IMG/VR virus record: IMGVR_UViG_3300027741_000020
Direction: 5' to 3' (one strand)
DNA length: 64,000 bases
DNA from: a virus
The position numbers were made by a program, and so were the translations under genes. This document shows, in pieces, positions 57,590 to 64,000 of the stretch. Position 1 is the stretch's first letter; each line of letters opens with the position of its first letter. The notes under the pieces were generated by a model that saw only the letters and a list, made by a program, of their open reading frames with translations, did not search any database and was not told the origin of the DNA.

Positions 57590-58699
57590 ATGATAAAACT
57601 CACCGACTTACTAGAAAATATTATCAAAGAAGATGGCTCTGATAAACAATTCAAATTAAATGCCTCACAATATAAAGCATTTGGACAAATATTATCAAAT
57701 TTTGATGCCGATATTGATAGTATTACATTAAATATGGATGAGGCTCCAAAGCCTAACTATACAAAAATGACGCCTGATGAATTAGAAGCTAGTGGTGCCG
57801 TTGTTGCAATAGATAAATCCGTAATTAGTAATCTTAATAACTTTTTAGAAGAAGGAATGATTGCAAAGAACTGGTATGAGGATATGAATAAAAAAATGTT
57901 AGATGCACTTGGTGAATCCGATGGTTGCTTATTTTTAATATTAATGGCCATATTTTCACCTCAAAATAAATTATCTCAAAACTTTCTACTTGCAGCTAAA
58001 TGTTTTGAAGGTATAAAATCGGATATTAATGATTCAAACAAACGAGAAACATTTATAACAATGATTTCATTAGATGCAAATACGTTATATAATAAATTAA
58101 AGGCTGGCGAATATAAAGATATGGCATCTGTACAAAAAATAATACCACATTCATTGAGTGTAAGATCGTATCTTTCTAATCTAACTAGAGTATTGAGATT
58201 ATACGCAGCTAAAGGTTTTAAATTTAATAAGGCTGATGTTGTTGCCGAAATCGCTAAAGCATTTACACCAACGGGAGCACTTACAAAACAAACGGTAATA
58301 TCAGCTGAGAAAGTTTTTTCTTTTACTCTAAATCTTTTAGACCCTTCATATGAATTAGAAGGCGGTTGGCTGCCAGTTACAATGGATACCTGGATGGCAT
58401 CGTTTTTCTATCCACAAATGTCAAAAAAAGATAAAACAAAATTGTTAGGAAAAACTGCCAATTATGTATATATGGCAAAACTTACACAACAATTAGCAAG
58501 CAAATTTGGAATGAAACCAATAGAAATGCAAGCTATAATATGGGTAGCTAAAATTAAAGAAAAGCAAGGGGCAAATTACGATGTTACATTTGATAATGCG
58601 ATTAAAAAAAACCTTGATAAATTAAAAGTAAAAGTTGATGAAATGGGTGATATTAAAACATTTTATCAAAAAGTCATTAGCGTAGTTGGTAAATCATAA
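57590..58699 (+). CDS. helical protein with HhH-glycosylase-like motifs and a head-targeting-like N-terminus
   Basis: MIKLTDLLE|NIIKE|D; AIFSPQN...N...A; KVFSF..NL; VTMDTW; A..LA.KFGM.P.EMQA.IW. Confidence 0.45.
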   Translation: MIKLTDLLENIIKEDGSDKQFKLNASQYKAFGQILSNFDADIDSITLNMDEAPKPNYTKMTPDELEASGAVVAIDKSVISNLNNFLEEGMIAKNWYEDMNKKMLDALGESDGCLFLILMAIFSPQNKLSQNFLLAAKCFEGIKSDINDSNKRETFITMISLDANTLYNKLKAGEYKDMASVQKIIPHSLSVRSYLSNLTRVLRLYAAKGFKFNKADVVAEIAKAFTPTGALTKQTVISAEKVFSFTLNLLDPSYELEGGWLPVTMDTWMASFFYPQMSKKDKTKLLGKTANYVYMAKLTQQLASKFGMKPIEMQAIIWVAKIKEKQGANYDVTFDNAIKKNLDKLKVKVDEMGDIKTFYQKVISVVGKS

Positions 58700-58706
58700 T
58701 ATTTAA

Positions 58707-58738
58707 TTTGGTAAATCCAAAAAAAAGTCGTATATTTA
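58707..58738 (+). promoter_or_regulatory. Bacteroidota-type promoter heading the putative DNA modification operon
   Basis: TTTG, 20 nt, then TATATTTA; ATG at 58743. Confidence 0.65.
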
Positions 58739-58742
58739 CCAT

Positions 58743-58943
58743 ATGAAATTAGTAGGAGAATCGCATCCAATGCATAAACTGACTGAAGTACAGGTTACGC
58801 AAATAAGGGATTTATGGAAAATTGGACATAGAAACATAAAAGTTCTTGCCAGAAATAATGGCGTATCTCAAACTAATATAAAAAAAATAGTTACAAACAA
58901 AACCTGGACGCACATGTTAAAGTGGCCGTATGAAAGAGTTTAA
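58743..58943 (+). CDS. stand-alone HTH domain of the type found C-terminal to HNH homing endonucleases
   Basis: GESHPMHKLTE.QV..IR.L...LA...GVS...I..IV..K.W.H, with no HNH catalytic part. Confidence 0.7.
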   Translation: MKLVGESHPMHKLTEVQVTQIRDLWKIGHRNIKVLARNNGVSQTNIKKIVTNKTWTHMLKWPYERV

Positions 58944-59694
58944 TAAGTTATATTGTGATATTTCAAAGTTATCTATAAGACCTGTAAATAAATCCATAGC
59001 AAAAGACATAATAGTTAATAATCACTACAGTGGTATTTGGACTAAAGTATCTTATGCGTTGGGTTTGTTCTACACATCAGATGACTCACACCAATTCTTT
59101 AGCGGTGTTAATGAAAAGCTAATAGGGGTTGCCTGTTATGGTGACCCAGTCGGCAGACACTCCGGCGCATCAATTTCCGAAGTATTAGATAGGACAGAAG
59201 TATTAGAATTAACTCGTCTATTCGTATTTGACGGGTATGGTTCTAATATTGAAAGTTGGTTTGTAGGACAAACTTTCGATTGGTTACGTCAAAACGCATC
59301 CAATATCAAAGCACTTGTTTCATATTCCGACCCGAAAGCAGGTCACGTTGGAACTATTTACCAAGCAACAAATTGGATATATCAGGGTAATCGTATTAGG
59401 CCAAATGATAGTTGGAGCTTCAAATGGACTGAAGATGATGAATGGCATCATAGCCGGACATCATATGTTAAGTTCGGAACGAATGACCCGAAGATTATAC
59501 AAACAATGACATCGACTCCCTTTTGGATTAAAAAAGAACCACGTAAGCATAGGTATGTTTACATTCTTGCAGATAAGCGTGATAAGAAAAGAATATTGAA
59601 AGAATTAAAATATCCCTCGTTACCTTATCCAAAAACAAATGTGGAGTTTATTGAAGAAATACATAAATTAGAACCAATTGAAAGAGTTAAATAA
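58930..59694 (+). CDS. mom: Mom-like DNA modification protein (GNAT fold), paralog 1
   Basis: IIVNNHYS...LIGVACYG.P...ELTRLF...SWFVG...LVSYSD...H.GTIYQATNWIYQG...KHRY.Y.L...LPYPK. Confidence 0.8.
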   Translation: MKEFNKLYCDISKLSIRPVNKSIAKDIIVNNHYSGIWTKVSYALGLFYTSDDSHQFFSGVNEKLIGVACYGDPVGRHSGASISEVLDRTEVLELTRLFVFDGYGSNIESWFVGQTFDWLRQNASNIKALVSYSDPKAGHVGTIYQATNWIYQGNRIRPNDSWSFKWTEDDEWHHSRTSYVKFGTNDPKIIQTMTSTPFWIKKEPRKHRYVYILADKRDKKRILKELKYPSLPYPKTNVEFIEEIHKLEPIERVK

Positions 59695-60481
59695 AATATA
59701 TTGCGATACATCAAGAGTATCAGTTAGAGAAATTGGCAAATCAGCTGCAAAAGAAATAATTGTAAAGAAACACTATACGCATGCGTGGACTGCGTGTAGA
59801 TACGCATTGGGCATATTCTATAAGACTGATGAAGTAACCGTATTAGGCGATAGTGATAAACTCATAGGAGTATTAGTATATGGATTTCCGGTTGGAGCTA
59901 GAGCAGCACTTTCAATATCGGAAACTCTTACAAAAGATAATGTATTGGAATTGACAAGACTTTATTGCGATGATGGATATGGCTCTAACATTGAAAGTTA
60001 TGCTATCGGACAATCGTTCAAATGGTTTAGAGAAAACGATAAAGCAATTAAGGTACTAATATCATATGCGGATAATGGGCAAGACCATTTAGGAGGAATA
60101 TACCAGGCAACAAATTGGATTTATCAGGGACCATCCACATCAATAGCACTGATGCCAAATTACGGAATATCACTTACGGAAAATCCATATAACTGGATTC
60201 ATAGTAGAACTGTTTATAGTATGTGGGGCTCTTCAAATTTAGAACATCTAAAAAGAGAAATTGGAAAAAATGGTTATCCAAAATTTTGGAGAAGAATGGA
60301 ATCCGGAAAACACAGATATATACAAGTCGTAGTAGCAGATAAAAAAGAAAAAAAAGCACTAATTAAAAGTTTAAAGCATAAAACTATACCATACCCAAAA
60401 TCCGCTGAATTGTATAATAAAGAAATAGAATGCCATATCACTATACCTCCTGAAAATAATATACAAAAATCTTTTTGGTAA
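59678..60481 (+). CDS. mom: Mom-like DNA modification protein (GNAT fold), paralog 2
   Basis: Same motif set (ELTRLY, LISYAD...H.GGIYQATNWIYQG, KHRYI, IPYPK); TTG start overlapping paralog 1. Confidence 0.8.
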   Translation: MKELNKIYCDTSRVSVREIGKSAAKEIIVKKHYTHAWTACRYALGIFYKTDEVTVLGDSDKLIGVLVYGFPVGARAALSISETLTKDNVLELTRLYCDDGYGSNIESYAIGQSFKWFRENDKAIKVLISYADNGQDHLGGIYQATNWIYQGPSTSIALMPNYGISLTENPYNWIHSRTVYSMWGSSNLEHLKREIGKNGYPKFWRRMESGKHRYIQVVVADKKEKKALIKSLKHKTIPYPKSAELYNKEIECHITIPPENNIQKSFW

Positions 60482-60505
60482 TCTCAGGTATTTTTCGTAT
60501 ATTAC
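60474..60505 (+). promoter_or_regulatory. Bacteroidota-type internal promoter for the DruA-like/GT/PolB genes
   Basis: TTTG, 20 nt, then TATATTAC; ATG at 60509. Confidence 0.5.
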
Positions 60506-60508
60506 ATT

Positions 60509-61735
60509 ATGAAATTTTGGGAAACAGGCGAAACAGCCACAGCAGAAGTATTTGACTACAAAGCAATGAAAGAGAAGTTTATAGCAAATTTGGACTATCT
60601 TAAAACTATGTCAGTTGAAGAGCAAACACTATATAAAAAATGGATGGAATGGAACGAAGACCTACCAACTAATATGAAGCGTTTGCCAGTATTACAATCA
60701 CATTTTGATTCATTATGGCTACCAACCGATATTATGGATAAGGAATTGACTATCGCACAAATTCAAGCGCTAGACCCTTATGTTGAAATTGTTGAAGATA
60801 ATCCAAAGGAAGCAACTCGTTGGACGGATATTAGAAAGTTAATTCATACAATGGAGTTTCAGGCTAATCCAGGTCGTAATGTAAAATGCTATGTAAAGGA
60901 TAGGACTAGTGGTAAAATACTTGGACAGATTTGTTTAGGTAGTGATATTACTTCACTTGGTGTTCGTGATGGATATATTGGTTGGGGCAAGGAAGATAAG
61001 TTTAAGAATGGTAAGTTGAATAATACAACAATCGCAACTACAATCGTATCAACACAGCCATTTGGATATAACTTTTTGGGTGGTAAGTTAATCGCAGCGC
61101 TAGCAACATCGCCGGAGGTTAGAGATTATTGGAAGAAAAAATATGATAATGTGCTAATAGGTGTTGGTACAACTTCTCTTTACGGAATCCACTCACAATA
61201 TAATGGTATTCCACACTTTAAAACATTGGGTGAAAGTAAAGGCAAAATCAGTACAAAGCCAGATGATAAGGTGTATGACCCGTGGCACCAATGGTTAAAA
61301 GAAAATCGTGCAGATTGGTATAAAACACATATCCTATTAGAACGTGAAAGAAACGGAGCAAATATGGGTTATGAAAAAAACGGACCTGTAAGTGGTATTA
61401 AACAAAAGATTATTCAGGCTATATTCAAAGAGCTTGGAATTAAAGGAAACGCTTATGACCACGGATTTCAACGTGGTGTTTACTTCGCACAAATGTATGA
61501 TAATGGCAATGAGTTCCTATGTTCAAAGATAGATGAATCTCAATTAGTTCTTAAACAAAAGTTTGCAGAAGGAAACGCTTACACTGTAAAATGGTGGAAG
61601 GATAAAGCAATCAAACGCTATGAGAAAATGCATAGTGAAGGTAAAATCAAACCAGAAGCACTATTTTATGTAGATGCAATCGGAATGACTTGGGAAGGAA
61701 TGAAATCACATTATTTAAAAGAAGTAGGAAGATAA
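60509..61735 (+). CDS. DUF4338/DruA-like protein (predicted GNAT-related fold)
   Basis: PGRN....V.D..SGK.LG.I.LGS; RD.YIGW; QPFGYNFLGGKLIA.L..S.EVR..W.KKY; TTSLYG..SQYN; RGVY. Confidence 0.75.
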   Translation: MKFWETGETATAEVFDYKAMKEKFIANLDYLKTMSVEEQTLYKKWMEWNEDLPTNMKRLPVLQSHFDSLWLPTDIMDKELTIAQIQALDPYVEIVEDNPKEATRWTDIRKLIHTMEFQANPGRNVKCYVKDRTSGKILGQICLGSDITSLGVRDGYIGWGKEDKFKNGKLNNTTIATTIVSTQPFGYNFLGGKLIAALATSPEVRDYWKKKYDNVLIGVGTTSLYGIHSQYNGIPHFKTLGESKGKISTKPDDKVYDPWHQWLKENRADWYKTHILLERERNGANMGYEKNGPVSGIKQKIIQAIFKELGIKGNAYDHGFQRGVYFAQMYDNGNEFLCSKIDESQLVLKQKFAEGNAYTVKWWKDKAIKRYEKMHSEGKIKPEALFYVDAIGMTWEGMKSHYLKEVGR

Positions 61736-61736
61736 T

Positions 61737-62843
61737 ATGAAATTTTGGGAAACAGAAGTTGATATAAACGCAAGAAAAGTTTTGGTTATACCAAATATTA
61801 CAAATTCACAAAATATAGAAAAGGACTCGTTTGTAGATGTTATATATAATCATATTTTAGGACTCAAAGAGTATGGTTCTTACTATTGGCACATACTATT
61901 ACCACAGCCAGTTAAAAAGCTAAATTTAGACAACGTAAAGCAACATATAATACCATTTTCAGGCGATATGATTAAAATGAGAACATATCCACCTGATATG
62001 AATAGATTGCTTGAAACATTGGATTATGATTCAATATACTCACATCTTCCAGACTGGCCTCAAGTTGGTAGATATAAAAATTCATTTGATACAAAAATAA
62101 TTGGATATTGCCATTGGTGGGAAATGAAAACCTGTAACGCTGAAGACCGTAAGAATAAATGGCGTTGGATGCCTATTGAATTACTTGGTGTATCACAAAT
62201 GGAAACTTGCTTTCTAAATACACAAGAACAAAAAGATAGGGTTTTGGCCGAAGCTAAAATGTGGTTCAATGATGAATTTGTTTCTAATTTAGATAATATA
62301 TTGACTGTTTGGAATTTGGGAATTGAAAAATCAAAAATTATAAAAGCTCCAACTAAAAAAGAAAAGATTATAGTTTTCAACCATAGAGCAGCCGCTTATA
62401 AAGGTTATCCGAAATTTATAGAATTAATGAAGGAATATAGAGAACGTAGGCAGGATTTCAAAGTATGGGTGCCACAATTAGATGGAAAGCCTGAAGTAAG
62501 TTGGATTGATAATACAAAAGTGGCAAAGCACGATTATTATAAAAAATTACAAAGTTGTACGGTTGGAATACAAATGAGGCAAACAAATTATGGGTGGAGT
62601 GTAGCAGCTACGGATTGTATGATGAATGGAACGCCGATGATATTTCAGGAATCAGAATGTTACAAAGAGATTGACCCTAATGGTTTATTTTTTAAATTCA
62701 AAAAAGACCTTTTTGAAATGTTAGATAAATTGTTGGATGATGGGGAATACATAACCAACCAATCGGTTAGAAGTATAGATAGAGCAAACGACTTGGCCTT
62801 AAATGATAAAAAAATGTTTGAGGTATTAAGTAAAAAATTGTAA
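61737..62843 (+). CDS. GT-B fold (GT4-like) glycosyltransferase
   Basis: FNHR....KGY..F; Y..L......I; WSVAATDCMMNGTPMI matches the E/D-x7 nucleotide-sugar-binding region of GT4. Confidence 0.8.
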   Translation: MKFWETEVDINARKVLVIPNITNSQNIEKDSFVDVIYNHILGLKEYGSYYWHILLPQPVKKLNLDNVKQHIIPFSGDMIKMRTYPPDMNRLLETLDYDSIYSHLPDWPQVGRYKNSFDTKIIGYCHWWEMKTCNAEDRKNKWRWMPIELLGVSQMETCFLNTQEQKDRVLAEAKMWFNDEFVSNLDNILTVWNLGIEKSKIIKAPTKKEKIIVFNHRAAAYKGYPKFIELMKEYRERRQDFKVWVPQLDGKPEVSWIDNTKVAKHDYYKKLQSCTVGIQMRQTNYGWSVAATDCMMNGTPMIFQESECYKEIDPNGLFFKFKKDLFEMLDKLLDDGEYITNQSVRSIDRANDLALNDKKMFEVLSKKL

Positions 62844-62851
62844 ATAACGAT

Positions 62852-64000
62852 ATGGCATATAAAAATATATATTACGAAAGAAATAAAAACCTTATGCATA
62901 TATGGGATGATGCAACCGGGTACACTACAATACCATACCGAAAATATGCGTATAAAAAAGACCCAAATGGACAGCATCGTTCAATGTATGGCGATAAATT
63001 GACTCGTATTGGTAAGTGGGAAAAAGATGATGCAGAAGACCTGTTTGAATCGGATGTACCAGAAACAACAAGAGTATTAGTGGATATGTACGATTCCGAT
63101 TTACCGTCAACAGGACATACTGTATTAACCTTTGATATTGAGGTTGAAATGATTACAGGATTACCAAATACTAGAGAAGCTAAAAACGAAATAACAGCAA
63201 TCGCTGCACAAGATAATATCAGTAGAGTGTACGATGTGTTTGTTTTAGATAAAAGCAAAAAAATTAAAAACAATGCTAAAAACTTTGATAAGGATGGTAG
63301 GAAAGTTAATGTTCACGTTTTCGATAACGAGAAAAATCTCCTACTTGCATTTCTTGATTATTACGAAGAAATTAACCCAACTATTTTAACCGGATGGAAT
63401 ATTGACTTCTTTGATATTCCATATCTTTACAATCGTATAAAAAATGTATGTAGTGAGGGACACGCTAAACGGCTTTCACCAATCGGACAATGTTTCTATT
63501 CACCATACCGTGAGAAGTGGAGTTTTGGTGGTGTGAGCATTTTGGACTACATTAACCTATATAAAACTTACACTTATACATTGGAAAGTAGCTACACACT
63601 TAACTATATTGCTACAAAGGAATTAGGGCGTGGTAAGGTTGAATACGAAGGTAATTTGGATGACCTCTTTGAAAATGATTTGGAAAAATTCATTGAGTAT
63701 AACATTGTGGATGTGGAGCTTGTAGCAGCGATGGATGATAAGTTACAATTCATTGAGTTATGTAGAGCAGTTTGTCACGCAGGGTTTGTACCATATGAAG
63801 ATTATATATTTTCTTCAAAGTGGTTGGAAGGAGCATGCTTGGGGTATCTTAAAAAGAAAGGATTAGTAGCAACAAATAAACCAAAAGACCGTAAGGAACG
63901 AATGCAGGCTCTACGTGATAACAATGAAGAGAAATTCATTGGAGCATATGTAAAGGAGCCTATTGTGGGCAAGTATGATTGGATTTATGATTTGGATTTG
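62852..64000 (+). CDS. polB: family B DNA polymerase (gp43-like), 3'-truncated; absent from the ORF track
   Basis: Manual translation from ATG 62852 stays open to the window end: ExoI TFDIEVE, ExoII TGWNIDFFDIPYL, ExoIII EYNIVDV, then GAYVKEP...YDLDL (region II). Confidence 0.95.
   Translation, partial: MAYKNIYYERNKNLMHIWDDATGYTTIPYRKYAYKKDPNGQHRSMYGDKLTRIGKWEKDDAEDLFESDVPETTRVLVDMYDSDLPSTGHTVLTFDIEVEMITGLPNTREAKNEITAIAAQDNISRVYDVFVLDKSKKIKNNAKNFDKDGRKVNVHVFDNEKNLLLAFLDYYEEINPTILTGWNIDFFDIPYLYNRIKNVCSEGHAKRLSPIGQCFYSPYREKWSFGGVSILDYINLYKTYTYTLESSYTLNYIATKELGRGKVEYEGNLDDLFENDLEKFIEYNIVDVELVAAMDDKLQFIELCRAVCHAGFVPYEDYIFSSKWLEGACLGYLKKKGLVATNKPKDRKERMQALRDNNEEKFIGAYVKEPIVGKYDWIYDLDL

Noticed and set aside
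62925-63110. Small + strand ORF listed in the track near the window end
   Set aside because: It is out of frame within the PolB gene, which starts at 62852 and was omitted from the track because it has no stop in the window.
1-64000. Stop-codon reassignment, as seen in some Bacteroidota/Lak phages
   Set aside because: Core genes are full length under the standard code, and TAG (40950) and TGA (34929) both occur at plausible gene ends.
1-64000. tRNA/rRNA genes, introns and inteins
   Set aside because: No cloverleaf or T-loop (GTTCGA) context was found in intergenic gaps. TerL, portal, capsid, RecA, helicase, RNR and the visible PolB are of normal length with no intein or intron signatures.

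Overview
A 64-kb, AT-rich, densely coding segment of a large lytic tailed dsDNA phage with a T4-like contractile-tail virion module. All credible genes are on the + strand and read in the standard genetic code. Gene order: a truncated Ser/Thr-rich FN3 virion protein, a putative protein O-glycosyltransferase, a 1682-aa multidomain protein, spanin-like genes and terminase; then the head module (portal, prohead protease, putative internal head proteins, scaffold, major capsid protein) and a free-standing GIY-YIG endonuclease; then neck, fibre, sheath, tube, chaperone, tape measure and baseplate genes; then replication and metabolism genes (minimal PolA, SSB, RecA/UvsX, 5'-3' exonuclease, GroES, DnaB-like helicase, class II RNR, PhoH, thioredoxin). 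The window ends with a candidate DNA-hypermodification operon (HTH remnant, two Mom-like paralogs, a DruA/DUF4338-like protein and a GT-B glycosyltransferase) directly upstream of a family B DNA polymerase that runs off the edge. Repeated TTTG-N19/20-TAnnTTT(G/A) promoters and A-rich leaders without Shine-Dalgarno sites suggest a Bacteroidota host. The most interesting signals are: (1) the Mom/Mom/DruA-like/GT cluster, with a shared MKFWET N-terminus on two unrelated proteins; (2) a recurrent MI(K/R)LxD(L/I/M)L...E N-terminal tag plus (I/L/M)xE sites that suggest head-packaged, protease-processed polyproteins and enzymes; (3) an unannotated +1/-2 frameshift in the tail chaperone gene; (4) possible virion O-glycosylation. 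All family assignments come from motifs recognised by eye; no database searches were run.
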